Shown here piece after piece: positions 23,643 through 34,231 of a stretch of DNA of 40,000 nt. The DNA is from Microbulbifer sp. GL-2 (GTDB taxonomy: Bacteria; Pseudomonadota; Gammaproteobacteria; Pseudomonadales; Cellvibrionaceae). The stretch is from positions 2,403,785-2,443,784 of the forward strand of contig NZ_AP019807.1 in assembly GCF_007183175.1 (NCBI RefSeq), in the 5' to 3' direction. The translations under genes were made by a program, and so were the position numbers. Under the pieces are notes generated by a model that was not told the origin of the DNA, made no database searches, and saw nothing but the letters and a program-made list of their open reading frames with translations. Within the stretch, counting starts at the first letter, position 1; each line of letters opens with the position of its first letter.

Positions 23643-24095
23643 TCAATGTCGCTTTCCAGGCTTAGCGGGTTTAGTTTTACGGTCTTCCTTATGTTGTAGC
23701 TTCATGGCCTTTTTAATAAGCTCCTGGAAGTTGGGACATTCCAGCTGGTTTTCCTCTGGGCAGTTAGCGACATGCCGTAAACCATCGCGCATGGCCTTCA
23801 GTCTGCGAATGTTCTTATCAAGTTCATCAGCTTTTTCAAGCAGTTGCTCCCGATCGATATTGGGCTGGCTGCTATAGGTGAACATGGAGGCAATTTCATC
23901 AAGGGAAAACCCTGCATAACGTGCAAGGGAGATCAACGACAGCTGTTCCACCACGCTAACAGGGAAAATCCTGGTGATTCCACGCCTGCTGATAGACTTG
24001 ATTAGCCCTTTTTCCTCATAATACCGCAATGTCGAGGAGGGCAGCCCCGTGCGTTTTGATACTTCACGAATATCGATTTCCCGATGATTACTCAT
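23643..24095 (-). CDS. MerR-family regulator with a CueR-like C-X7-C loop (150 aa from the internal ATG)
   Basis: IREVSKRTGLPSSTLRYYEEKGLI is the HTH. The C-terminal NCPEENQLECPNFQEL resembles CueR's ACPGDDSADCPIIENL. Confidence 0.8.
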   Translation of the reverse strand: MSNHREIDIREVSKRTGLPSSTLRYYEEKGLIKSISRRGITRIFPVSVVEQLSLISLARYAGFSLDEIASMFTYSSQPNIDREQLLEKADELDKNIRRLKAMRDGLRHVANCPEENQLECPNFQELIKKAMKLQHKEDRKTKPAKPGKRH

Positions 24096-24100
24096 TTTTA

Positions 24101-24131
24101 TTGACCTCAAGCTGGCTTGAAGTTGTATCCT
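24101..24131 (+). promoter_or_regulatory. MerR-type promoter: -35 TTGACC, 19-bp spacer containing a dyad, -10 TATCCT
   Basis: TTGACC tcaagctggcttgaagttg TATCCT. The sequence cctcaagctggcttgaag is a near-palindrome (14/18). It lies directly upstream of, and divergent from, the merR-family gene. Confidence 0.6.
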
Positions 24132-24418
24132 AGTTTTCACTCTAGTTTCTGGCAAGCTTTGAGTTAAGAGTAAAGGGGTAACCTTAAGGATAAGTGAGGG
24201 GTTAGGGAAGTAAAAAGAGAGGGGCACATGTAGTTCTAGCTATACCTAATTAACTTATCTACTGTGATAGACAATTGGCATGTGCTACTTGTTGCTCTTG
24301 CGCCTACCGGCGGAAGCAACCTCATCTCTTCTCACATTGTTTCCCCTTACTCAGGTGGAAGCAGGTTTTAGTAGCGCGATCTGGATCACAGTCTTATGGC
24401 AAATCATATTTGAATCTT

Positions 24419-25855
24419 ATGCCTGCAGTAAAAAAGCTCCTCAAACCATCTGGCAAAGATATCTCTGGCAACTTATCCAGTCGGGGAATCCTAACAGCCT
24501 TGTGTCTGGCTACCCTGCTTAATGCGCTGGCGGTCAGCAGTGTAAATATTGCATTACCAGAGCTGGTCACAGGTCTTGGGACTACTTACGCGCGTGGGCA
24601 GTGGATCATTATTGCTTTCATGATTTTCCTCACCGCCGCCTTGGCTGTTGCCGGACGCGCAAGTGATAAGGTGGGGCGAAAAAAAATTTTTATCCAGGGT
24701 GTACTGCTCTTTTGCGTATCAACCTTACTCTGTGGATTGTCGCCAAATATCTGGGTATTGGTTTTCTTTCGTGCACTGCAGGGTATTGGTGCGGCAATGT
24801 TTACCGCTGTTTCCATGGCAATTGCCAGTGATGCCTTTTCCAAGGCTCGAGTAGGTATGGCAGTGGGGCTGTTGGGTAGTGTCTCGGCTGTAGGCACTGG
24901 TACCGGGCCTGTATTGGGCGGACTACTGTTGGAAATATCCACTTGGCAGGCGGTATTCCTCATTAAAGTACCGTTGGGTGTGGCTGTTTATTGGTTGGCA
25001 CAGCGATATTTACCGGAAGATGCCAAGGTTACGCCTGATGAGCATGATGATCGCCCGCGTAATTTTCTTGCAGCACTTTGTATATTTTCAGCGATTCTTT
25101 TTTATACCCTATCGATAAAACCACTGAATGATAACTATGGGTTCATCAACATAGTTACACTGGTTTTCTCGGCACTATGCATTTGGGGCCTTTTCTTGAG
25201 TAGGCGTGGTGAAACTGTGCCCCGGCTTGGCAGCTATGCACTGTACACCAACCTTGCTACCAACCTGCTTGTCGCCGCCTCGGTAATGAGTTCTCTGGTT
25301 GTTGGGCCTTTTTACCTGACACTGGCCCTGGGGTTGAACTTCTCCCAGACCGGCTTGGTAATGTCCGTCGGGTCTTTTGTCGTTGCCATTTGTTCCAATA
25401 TTGCCGGGCGCTTGGTAGACAGATTCAAGTCACGTAGTATGGTGATTATCGGCCTGACCTTTCTGGCACTGGGAGCTATGGGTATGGCTAATTTACAGGT
25501 GGAGCATGGTGTAGCTGGTTATTTGGTTTGTTCCATAGCAATGGCTATTGGGTATGGAACTTACTTGTCCTCCAATAACACTTTTACCATGAACAGTGCC
25601 AGCAGTGATGTTAAAGGTAATATTTCAGGTCTCCTGAACCTGTCCAGAAATCTTGGATTGCTCACTGGGGCATCGTTGATGAGTGTGGTTTTTGCTGGGG
25701 TTTCACACTTGTCATATATGCGTAGTGCTGATCCAACCCTGGTCCAGACGGGACTGAATCAGGTATACCTACTGGCTCTTTTATTTCTTGTTATTGCACT
25801 GATAGCTCAGTCTCTATCAATCCTGGCCAGTCGTCACCGCTTGGCTGTTGGCTAA
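24419..25855 (+). CDS. MFS transporter, DHA2 (EmrB/QacA-like, ~14 TMS) family
   Basis: Multiple TM segments. Motifs such as GRASDKVGRKKIF and FRALQGIGAA. The start is chosen at ATG 24419, because the TTG-initiated 48-aa extension looks non-native. Confidence 0.75.
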   Translation: MPAVKKLLKPSGKDISGNLSSRGILTALCLATLLNALAVSSVNIALPELVTGLGTTYARGQWIIIAFMIFLTAALAVAGRASDKVGRKKIFIQGVLLFCVSTLLCGLSPNIWVLVFFRALQGIGAAMFTAVSMAIASDAFSKARVGMAVGLLGSVSAVGTGTGPVLGGLLLEISTWQAVFLIKVPLGVAVYWLAQRYLPEDAKVTPDEHDDRPRNFLAALCIFSAILFYTLSIKPLNDNYGFINIVTLVFSALCIWGLFLSRRGETVPRLGSYALYTNLATNLLVAASVMSSLVVGPFYLTLALGLNFSQTGLVMSVGSFVVAICSNIAGRLVDRFKSRSMVIIGLTFLALGAMGMANLQVEHGVAGYLVCSIAMAIGYGTYLSSNNTFTMNSASSDVKGNISGLLNLSRNLGLLTGASLMSVVFAGVSHLSYMRSADPTLVQTGLNQVYLLALLFLVIALIAQSLSILASRHRLAVG

Positions 25856-26122
25856 TCCACACTTTCCTGAAAGTCCGGTAGGTACAAGTTCGCCTGCCGG
25901 GTTCTATCTCTGGCGATTTATGCCAATTAGGTATTCCCTTTAAAAATCACAGCCTGAAATCGATATGCTTTACGGCTTGACCTAAAGGGAGCTTTAAGTT
26001 GTACCTTGTCTTTGTACTTGGGCTAGGCCTGATATGCAAAAAGTGATTTTTGGTTTTTACACGGGGGTTACTTTCTCGACAGGTTTCGCTAGCTTAACCA
26101 CTCGTAGAACAGGAGATAAGTT

Positions 26123-26638
26123 ATGGCTATCAATGCACTGGAACAATGTATTGCAGAACTGTGTGAATACTGGAGCGGCTTGAATTCAGACACGATTATT
26201 CGTTGTCGGACGGCGCTTGCCGGATTGGCAAATACCTCAGGTTCTGAGGGATGGCTTGTAGAGCTGCATAAAAAGAGAGAAGCCACATCCGAATTGTATA
26301 GAGACCCGGAAAGGGGTTTTATATTACTGGCTCATGTGGAACCTCAAGGCCTGTATCGTAATCCGCATAACCATGGCAAAGGGTGGGTTTTTTATGCCCT
26401 TCAGCATGGGCAGGTGGAAATGTCTACCTATGGCCAAGTTCGGGTAGAGGGAGGAGGGGAGCAGCTTGTTAGCCGGGGTTCTTATACTATGCACCCAGGT
26501 GATTGCAGTGCTTTTCTTCCAGGTGATATTCACGACACTCGTTGTATATCTGATTACTCCTTAATGTTCCGCCTAACCAGTTGTGATTTCTCTGAGGAAA
26601 AGCGGCAGGGTCGGCTACAGCAGTTTGAAAGCTGTTGA
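26123..26638 (+). CDS. Cupin-domain protein (171 aa)
   Basis: Cupin motif-1-like HNHGKGWVFYALQHG and motif-2-like PGDCSAFLPGDIHDT. RBS aggag. Confidence 0.6.
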   Translation: MAINALEQCIAELCEYWSGLNSDTIIRCRTALAGLANTSGSEGWLVELHKKREATSELYRDPERGFILLAHVEPQGLYRNPHNHGKGWVFYALQHGQVEMSTYGQVRVEGGGEQLVSRGSYTMHPGDCSAFLPGDIHDTRCISDYSLMFRLTSCDFSEEKRQGRLQQFESC

Positions 26639-27490
26639 GGAATATCCCAGGTTACAGGAAATTACATCGGGAGAGCTGTAGTAAGCTCTTCCAGGGTGTT
26701 TTTACTTTGAAATAAAAAATATGAAACCTGTTTCAGAATTCTCGGTGAAAGATGGTTTTTCCTTTAGTTTTTATTTGTAAGCATTTAGAAAGAATGGTGT
26801 GTGCAAAAATTCATGGCTTGTTGATTTTTCTATTGATGACAGGTCAAAAGTTTGAGGTAATTGTGTAAGCTTTGAATTTATCTTTTTTTGCTTTTGGTGC
26901 ATATTTTTCCTTGCGTTAATCTTTTACCTCTGGGTTTTCCAGGCTTCTCCCCTGGTTGGCAGGCCTGGTATTTTAATGGGGCTTGGTTTTTTAATTTTGT
27001 TTCATTTTTTGATTCTTTATCGTTTTTTTTAACACAAATAGAGTATCTTGAGTTAATTAGGTTGCCTTATATGGAATAAAAATTCCAGCCCTGTCTTTGG
27101 CTTCAGTAAATCAATACAGCTAACAGGGAACCAATCTTATTCTGCCATATCGAATCAGCAGTGTCCGTATGGGATGTTGTCAGTAGAGCGTATCAAAATA
27201 TTAAATTTTTTAGTGTGTGTAACAAAGCTCTGCTTGCAAGAATAAAGACGGAGTTGGGTGTCTCGTTTCCAATACTACTTAGGTCTGATTCTAGATTTTA
27301 TTCTATTGATCGTGCCCAAAAATGATTGGCCGGGTTACCTTTCTAGTTTTTGATATGTCAATGCTCCCTCGAATTATTCACGTAAGTCCTTAAAAACTAC
27401 TTGCTGCAATACCACTTGCCCACTATTTAGTGGCCCCTTCGTGCACGATGGTGTTTGTAATAAAACCCTAAAAAGATAACTGGAGACTCC

Positions 27491-29767
27491 ATGAACCATC
27501 TTTTTATTCGCACGGCTACTGCTTCGGCACTGATGATCGGCACCCAGGGTGTGGCGGCCTCTCCGCCCGCTGAAGACTATGTTGCCGGCGAGCAGTACCG
27601 TGGCGGTAGCCAGGTTTGCTATGCCGATGATCTCTTCAAAGCCCAGTGGTGGGCCACACCGGATCAGCAGCCTGCCGATGCGCTAACAGCTGAAAATACC
27701 TGGGATTCCCCCTGGGTTTTGCTGGAAGCTGGAGCTTGTGATGGTTCTGGTGACAACAGCGGTGATTCCAGTAGCGATGATTCTGGCCCTGGCGGTGATG
27801 ATCCCAGTTCTCTAGCTGCCTACCAGCCGGGTCAGAGCTACCTAAAAGGAAGTGAGGTCTGCTATGCCGACGATATCTTTGTTGCACAATGGTGGGCAAA
27901 TGGTGATCAAGCTCCTGCCGAAGCCCTGACCGTGCAAAATACCTGGGGTTCTCCCTGGATTCTTAAAGAGTCAAATGGTTGTGAAGCTAATGGTAACAGC
28001 GGTGATGGTAATGACGGCGATTCGGCTTCCACACCTATCCCCCTGAGCATCTCTGCTTCCCAAACCCAGGTGACAGGTGGTGGTACCCTACTACTCGACG
28101 CGAATGCCTCTGGTGGTGACAGCACCTTCAACTACAGCTGGGCTCAGCTTTCCCCTACTATTCCTGAAGCAGAAATTGCCTCTGCAACCAGCGCCTCGAC
28201 TTCAGTGATACTACCTGCCGTTGCATACGATGTTACCTATATCTTCAGTCTGATTGTTAGTGATGGGGATGCCACCGAAGAGGCCCAGGTTACAGTGCAG
28301 AACTTTGCGATGGATGTTGGGCCCGATGCTAACAGTGACTCCGACAACCTTGTTACAGCAGTCATTTCGGCTTCCGCAAACAGCGTGGGTTGTAGCGGTA
28401 GTGTTACTCTGGATGGCTCTCGGTCCAGTGGTGGCAGTGATATGTCATTTATCTGGAGCCAAACTAGTGGCCCTTCGGTCAAGCTATCGAACTACGTGGG
28501 CAATACCACCCAGGCAGTATTGCCTGAGGTATATAGCAATGTAACTTACACTTTCCAGTTGACGGCTACCGACTCAACCGCCGCCAGTAATGTGGATGAG
28601 GTTAGCATTAGCCAGACTGGCTGCGCTTCTGTTGATGGCCACGTGATGGATATGAGCGAGCTTGAAGCAGCTGAAAATGCTTTATCGACTGATTCACTTC
28701 TGCAGGAGGTGAAAGACACCGTAGAGACCCGCGGTAATGTCATCGTTGAAGCAGTTCAGCCCGGCCGTAATGCCAATCCAGAAAACGTCCAGCGTGTCGA
28801 GAGCATCATTTCCTCAGATACTTGGGATTACCTTTTCCCACTGCGCGCTGAAGATTATACCTATACCAACTTCCTGCGTGCCGTGGCCAAGTTCCCCGCT
28901 TTCTGTGGTGAGTATACCGATGGCCGCGACTCCGATGCGATCTGCCGAAAAGCACTGGCAGTCATGTTTGCCCATTTCGGTCAGGAAACAGGTGCTCATG
29001 CGACGGCCTGGGATGAACCTGAGTGGCGGCAGGGTTTGTACTGGATTCGCGAGATCGGTTGGACCGAGGAAGCATCTGGTGGTTACGGTGCCTGTGATCC
29101 CGGTAGCAGCTGGGCGGCTGAGGTATGGCCCTGTGCGATCAATGCCGACGGTGGCTATAAGAGCTACTTTGGTCGAGGCTCAAAGCAGCTGAGCTGGAAT
29201 TACAACTACGGTCCATTCTCCCAGGCTATGTACGGTGATATTTACACCCTACTGGAGAATCCGGAGCTGGTTGCAGATACTTGGTTGAACCTCGCCAGTG
29301 CCATTTTCTTTTTCGTGTACCCACAGCCCCCCAAGCCGAGCATGTTACATGTGGTGGATGGTACCTGGGTGCCGAACAGAGTCGATCTGGCCAATAACCT
29401 GACGTCTGGATTCGGTGTCACTACCAATATCATCAATGGTGCTATCGAGTGTAGTAAAGGTTCCGAGGATTATCGTTCGCAGTATCGTATGGACTACTAC
29501 CAGAACTTTGCTGAGTTTCTGGGTGTAGATATACCTGCAGATGAAGAGTTGGGCTGTGCCAACATGGGCCAATTCCAGACCGGTGGTTCCGCATCCCTGG
29601 ATATTTACTGGGATAAAGACTGGAGCTGGTCTGCCGGTAACCCCAATAATAAAAGCTTCGCCTGTCAGCTGGTGAACTATCAAACGGCCTACTCTGCACT
29701 GAACGAAGGCGATTATGCCAGATGTGTGAAAGCTAACTTCGATATGACCATCGACTACCAAAACTGA
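27491..29767 (+). CDS. Secreted GH19 chitinase with 2x CBM5/12 and 2 PKD-like domains (758 aa)
   Basis: Two YxxGxxVxYADDxFxAQWW...WxSPW modules (CBM5/12). Repeated ~90-aa Ig-like modules. GH19 signatures FAHFGQETG, YFGRGSKQLSWNYNYG and INGAIEC. Confidence 0.88.
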   Translation: MNHLFIRTATASALMIGTQGVAASPPAEDYVAGEQYRGGSQVCYADDLFKAQWWATPDQQPADALTAENTWDSPWVLLEAGACDGSGDNSGDSSSDDSGPGGDDPSSLAAYQPGQSYLKGSEVCYADDIFVAQWWANGDQAPAEALTVQNTWGSPWILKESNGCEANGNSGDGNDGDSASTPIPLSISASQTQVTGGGTLLLDANASGGDSTFNYSWAQLSPTIPEAEIASATSASTSVILPAVAYDVTYIFSLIVSDGDATEEAQVTVQNFAMDVGPDANSDSDNLVTAVISASANSVGCSGSVTLDGSRSSGGSDMSFIWSQTSGPSVKLSNYVGNTTQAVLPEVYSNVTYTFQLTATDSTAASNVDEVSISQTGCASVDGHVMDMSELEAAENALSTDSLLQEVKDTVETRGNVIVEAVQPGRNANPENVQRVESIISSDTWDYLFPLRAEDYTYTNFLRAVAKFPAFCGEYTDGRDSDAICRKALAVMFAHFGQETGAHATAWDEPEWRQGLYWIREIGWTEEASGGYGACDPGSSWAAEVWPCAINADGGYKSYFGRGSKQLSWNYNYGPFSQAMYGDIYTLLENPELVADTWLNLASAIFFFVYPQPPKPSMLHVVDGTWVPNRVDLANNLTSGFGVTTNIINGAIECSKGSEDYRSQYRMDYYQNFAEFLGVDIPADEELGCANMGQFQTGGSASLDIYWDKDWSWSAGNPNNKSFACQLVNYQTAYSALNEGDYARCVKANFDMTIDYQN

Positions 29768-29927
29768 GAGATCATTAATTAGAGAATAGGGGTCGTAAAA
29801 TTTCGGTTTCAAATTGCTCAACGGGCCCAGTAATAATATTTATTGCCGGGCCTGTTAATGGGAATATACATCCCCAGTGGACTCTAGCCAATCGAGGAAA
29901 CCGTTTGATAATGAGAAAATCTTCCGA

Positions 29928-30323
29928 TTATAAATTTTCATCCAAAATTTGTTGAACCAAAGCAGAATCAACATAGGCCGTGCCTTCAGTAATAAGGCCA
30001 TTTTCAAATTTAACAATCCAGCAGTAGGTATTATTGTAGCGTCTGCCATTCAACGCGGTACAAATGCTCTCCATTTCTGCCACTGCGTAATCACCGTCGA
30101 CCAATATTCGCTTGATCTTCATCATTACCTTACCCTCCTGAAGTACCCGGCCAATTCCCGCGAAGGCACGCTCAACCAGATCCTTCTTTGAGTTATACTC
30201 CCCGGCCATTTTATGAGTTCCTTTAACGGTCCAGTGCACATTATTTGAGACTCGTTCTAGGAATGGTTGAGGGTCGGTACATAGAAAATTAAACACCTCT
30301 TCTACGAATTTTCGATTAAGCAT
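29928..30323 (-). CDS. NTF2-like / SnoaL-like (ketosteroid-isomerase-fold) protein (131 aa)
   Basis: The size and the pattern ...VHWTVKG...ILVDGDYAVAEME....YNNTYCWIVKFENGLI are typical of this fold family. Confidence 0.6.
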   Translation of the reverse strand: MLNRKFVEEVFNFLCTDPQPFLERVSNNVHWTVKGTHKMAGEYNSKKDLVERAFAGIGRVLQEGKVMMKIKRILVDGDYAVAEMESICTALNGRRYNNTYCWIVKFENGLITEGTAYVDSALVQQILDENL

Positions 30324-30805
30324 ATTTAACTCTCACTGTTTAGTTAAAAGTTGATGGGAATTGCATAAAAATTACAGGGTTAACAGCATTGCCTATTACC
30401 TGTTGTTTACAGGACGGAATCAAGATAGATCTATAAATCCCTGTCGCAGGTTGAGTTTTCTACTACATATCCAGTATTACGTGGAATTTTTCAAACTATC
30501 AGAAGGTGTCTTATATCCATCCCCCTGGTTATTTATGTGTCAAGCATATACCTAATAGGTTTGGCTGCTGCTTTATTTAAGGTTAGGGGTTAATGGATAC
30601 AATTCAATGTATTTGGTAGGGAGAGGTTCCTATTCGGTTATTGAGTTGAGTTCTATCTGATGGGTACTGCCCCAGACGGTTAAATCTGGATAGGGGCAGT
30701 GATGATTGGGGGATTTGGTGACGATTAGCCGGGTCCTGTCTTTTGGGCCAGACTCATAAGGATATTTCACACGGTAGCGAATGGAGTTAACGGTCTGGAT
30801 CACCT

Positions 30806-31815
30806 ATGCCCGGCTCTAAAACCCCTCTCTCCAGAAAGAAAATCATTGGTCTTGCAGCCTTAACCATTGCCATATTCCTTATTGCCAATGACTTTACAGC
30901 CTTCTCTGTGGCAATACCTGCTATGGAGAAGCAGTTTAATTCGGACCTTTCTACTGTGCAGCGGGTTATTAATGGATATGCTTTGGTCTTTGGTCTTTGG
31001 TCTTTGGTCTTTAGTCTTTGGTCTTTGGTCTTTGGTCTTTGGTCTTTTGTGTGCTGATTGTTACAGGCGGCTGTTTAGCGTATATGTTTGGCCGTCGCAA
31101 GCTTTTCTTTATTGGTACCAGTATTTTTATATTTTTTCTGTGCACGGTGGGCTGGCGATTGATGATTGGATGCTGCTGGGTAGTCGGGCCCTGATGGGGG
31201 TGGGTGGTGCGTTGATGTGGCCACTAATTGGCAGTCCTTTACCGTGGGAATTACCACGCTGCTACTCTCTGTAACCTTTGTCTCCATGCTACTGTACATT
31301 CCCCAGTTTCTTATCAAGGAACTAAATTTTTCCGCTGTGTGGTCTGGGGCCGGCTTGTTAGCGGTGATGCTGGCTTACGGGATTGTTTCCTATATCGCGG
31401 ACAGGCTGTATGAAATTATGGGTGCCAAGGTGATATTGTCAGCCGCTGCTATATTTTTGGGCTTCGGTATGTTCCTGTTATCCAGTTTACTTGAACACAG
31501 TCATTATCTGCACCTGGTGCCAGGCATTATCTCCCTGGGAGTGGGGCTCGGTCTGTTTTTTCTCACAATTACTACGGTTGCGGTAACCGCTTTGGGATCC
31601 AATCGAGCAAATTTGGCCGCAGCGTTGGTATTTATGTTTCAGATTATTGGGGGGTTATTGGAATGGCGATGAATACCACCATCGTGGCTTTGGCACCCAG
31701 TCTCTCTGAGGGTATTACCGGGTCTTTAGTGTTAATACCTCTGGCTGCGCTGATTGTGTGTCTTCTATTCGTGCATGGAAGGCCGCATAACCAGAATTTG
31801 GATAGCCCCGCCTAA
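30806..31815 (+). pseudogene. DHA2-type MFS transporter pseudogene (repeat expansion, further frameshifts, internal deletion)
   Basis: The MFS sequence is recoverable only by switching frames: frame 2 up to NGYALVFG, frame 1 for VLIVTGG.LAYMFGRRKLFFIG, frame 0 for GGLAIDDWMLLGSRALMGVGGALMWP, frame 2 for later TMs, and a further frame for the tail. The middle TM segments are missing. Confidence 0.8.
30982..31044 (+). repeat. Heptanucleotide tandem repeat (TTTGGTC)x9, with one TTTAGTC variant
   Basis: Read directly. It lies inside TM2 of the MFS pseudogene. Relative to the inferred native ...ALVFG|VLIV... junction, it adds 56 bp (8 units). Confidence 0.9.
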
Positions 31816-32432
31816 GCAGCTCTGATGTTTTGCAGCTTTCCCGGAAAGCTACAGGGTAATTAAGGGTTGCTTTTTGAGATATGTTAAGTATGCCTGTTTC
31901 GAATGCCCGCACTTTTACCTGTAAGGATCAGTTTTTATTCTTTATCAGGTTTGTAGATGGTAAGTTCAAATTTATTTAATAACGGTGCTAAAAAGTTAAA
32001 GTGCAACTTTAACTTTAGTGTGTCTGTATTTTTCATTTTTCCTCTATTTTTTCTATGGTTTGGGTGAGGTGGCTTCAAAGGTGACTGATTGGTTTATAGA
32101 ATAACCCGTTTTCATATAGGGTTATAAATTTAAAAACTATGGCATTTACCTATTAACTATTGTTGTTGATTGAGTGAAAATAAATAGCTCAATCAATTTT
32201 TGGGATGGAACCTCAAGCGTTATCTCGCATTGCGATTATCTGCCGAGTCGACCATAAGGTCGAATAATTGAGCGGAATCGGGATGTGTCGCCACTGGCCA
32301 TCGCTAGCTTGTGCTGCCTGTCGTAGCACAACTCTCAGCTGGTGAAGAGCTTACGGTTTGGGAAAACCCTTTCGATCGCTGGGTTGATTGTCTCGGGAGA
32401 AATAATCTCCCTTTATGTAAGGAGAACAGATT

Positions 32433-33593
32433 GTGATACCCATCGTTGACCGCGCCAGCGCGGAATCCATTGCCCCATTTTGGCGGATGCCATTCCGTCC
32501 CTTTTTTTGGGGTGGGGCACTCTGGAGCATGATTGCCCTGCTGATCTGGCAATTACAGCTTTCCGGTTGGCAGCTTCCCGCCTTACGAGTAGGTGTCGCC
32601 TGGCATTCCCATGAAATGTTGTTTGGATTTGCCGCCGCAGTAGTTGTGGGCTTCCTTGGTACTGCCATGCAAACCTGGACTGGAATCCCCTCTCCTAAAG
32701 GGCTGCAATTAATGAGTCTGGTTGGGCTCTGGCTGTTGGCGCGCCTGGGGTATCTTATTGCGGCTGTGCCGCTGTGGATGCCGGTTTGTGCGGAAGTGGC
32801 CTTTTTCTTATTGGCAGCATTTCTGCTTGGCGCACGGGTATTGCGCACAAGGCAGTGGCGCAACCTGTTTGTATTACCTGCCATGCTCGCCTTTGCTGGA
32901 CTGTCTGCCAGCCACTGGCTACTACCCGGCGCGCAGAGCAGGATTGCCCTGGTGGCGCTGTTGTTGGTTACAGCGATTATTCTGGTGATCGGCGGGCGGG
33001 TGATTCCTTTCTTTACAGCGCGGCGCTTCCAGCTAAGCCAGCGCGATAAGCTGCCGATTGTCGAGTGGGGCACTCATATCGCTGCCGTCCTGTTGTTACT
33101 GAGTGTGGCCATTGATCTGCCCCGTATGGTTTGGGCAGTGCTGGCTCTGGCACTAGGTATTTTTCAGCTAACTCGAGTACTGCGCTGGCATCCGACTAAG
33201 ATTTGGGGCGAGCCCATGGTTTGGTCGCTGCACTTGAGTTATTGGTTGGTAGTGTTGGGATGTTTCCTTGCCGCACTGGCCTGGAGTGGGCTTGCACCGG
33301 GTTGGCATAGCCCTGCATTGCATGCGTTTGCGGTAGGTGGTATCGGCGGTTTAATCCTTGCTATGACCAGTCGAGTCAGTCTCGGCCACACTGGGCGCAT
33401 GTTGCAGGCGCCACGCCTGATGCCTCTGGCATTTGCCGCTCTGGCTCTGTCCGCACTGGCTAGAATTTTCTGGGCGCCGGCGCCCAGCGGTTTTCTTGCG
33501 GCGATTATCGCCTGGATGGTGGGCTACTCACTGTTCCTGATGTATTACACTCCAGTACTGTTTCAGCCTCGAATGGATGGGCACCCAGGCTAA
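32433..33593 (+). CDS. nnrS: NnrS family membrane protein (NO-stress-associated haem/copper protein)
   Basis: FRPFFWGGALW and WHSHEMLFGFAAAVVVGFLGTAMQTWTG are hallmark NnrS motifs, with ~12 TM segments. GTG start with RBS aaggaga. Confidence 0.85.
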   Translation: MIPIVDRASAESIAPFWRMPFRPFFWGGALWSMIALLIWQLQLSGWQLPALRVGVAWHSHEMLFGFAAAVVVGFLGTAMQTWTGIPSPKGLQLMSLVGLWLLARLGYLIAAVPLWMPVCAEVAFFLLAAFLLGARVLRTRQWRNLFVLPAMLAFAGLSASHWLLPGAQSRIALVALLLVTAIILVIGGRVIPFFTARRFQLSQRDKLPIVEWGTHIAAVLLLLSVAIDLPRMVWAVLALALGIFQLTRVLRWHPTKIWGEPMVWSLHLSYWLVVLGCFLAALAWSGLAPGWHSPALHAFAVGGIGGLILAMTSRVSLGHTGRMLQAPRLMPLAFAALALSALARIFWAPAPSGFLAAIIAWMVGYSLFLMYYTPVLFQPRMDGHPG

Positions 33594-33680
33594 CAATTCT
33601 AGTGCCCTCTGGAGCGGTGCAAGGTGATCAACGGCAGTTGCCGCTCCCGGGGGCGTTTCAGAAGTTTGGTTCCAGTACCA

Positions 33681-34103
33681 CTAATTGTTCTCGGTATTAT
33701 CCATCTGGGGAAAGGCGTCGAATTGGAGTGCTTTGTCCAGGTTCTGCTCCCAGTCTGCTTTACTGGCCATAAAAATATGGGCGGTGGGTTTGATTGGGAC
33801 CCTGCAGTCCAGGCTGCCAGCTGGCACGGCCAGGTAGCCACCGTCCTTATCCTCAAACGGCAGGGCTGAGCCACAATTACTGCAAAAGCTTTTTACATGG
33901 CGGGTGGCGGGCAACTTGAAGACTTTGGCCTGCTGTTTCCCTGATATCCAATTTAACTTGGCTGATGTTGAGAACAGGCTGGCGGCATGGGCAGAGCCGG
34001 TGTCCTTACGACAGTGACTGCAGTGGCACAGGAAAAAGCTTTCAAAATCGCCTTCTACCTCGAAGTGAATATCTCCGCAAAGGCACGATCCTGTCTTATT
34101 CAT
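33681..34103 (-). CDS. GFA (CENP-V/GFA domain) family protein (140 aa)
   Basis: CLCGDIHFEV...CHCSHCRK...FCSNCGS. RBS aggag. Confidence 0.8.
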   Translation of the reverse strand: MNKTGSCLCGDIHFEVEGDFESFFLCHCSHCRKDTGSAHAASLFSTSAKLNWISGKQQAKVFKLPATRHVKSFCSNCGSALPFEDKDGGYLAVPAGSLDCRVPIKPTAHIFMASKADWEQNLDKALQFDAFPQMDNTENN

Positions 34104-34231
34104 AGTTACTCCTTGATTTTTTTGTAATGTGTTATAGAAATAGCCTGACGATTCAGGTGCAGTGGTATTTTTTAAATTAATGTGGCGAAATTGCTCAATG
34201 ACCCAGTTTTCCCTGGTTCGAAATCAATTTG

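Noticed and set aside
24275-24418. TTG-initiated 48-aa N-terminal extension of the MFS transporter (track start 24275)
   Set aside because: The extension is Cys/Arg-rich and unlike MFS N-termini. The ATG at 24419 gives a typical DHA2 N-terminus, although no clear SD precedes it.
15453-34103. The two GFA-family genes (15453-15860 and 33681-34103) as evidence of a duplication linking the integron and the chromosome
   Set aside because: They share only the family Cys motifs. The sequences are otherwise dissimilar, so they appear to be independent members of a large family.
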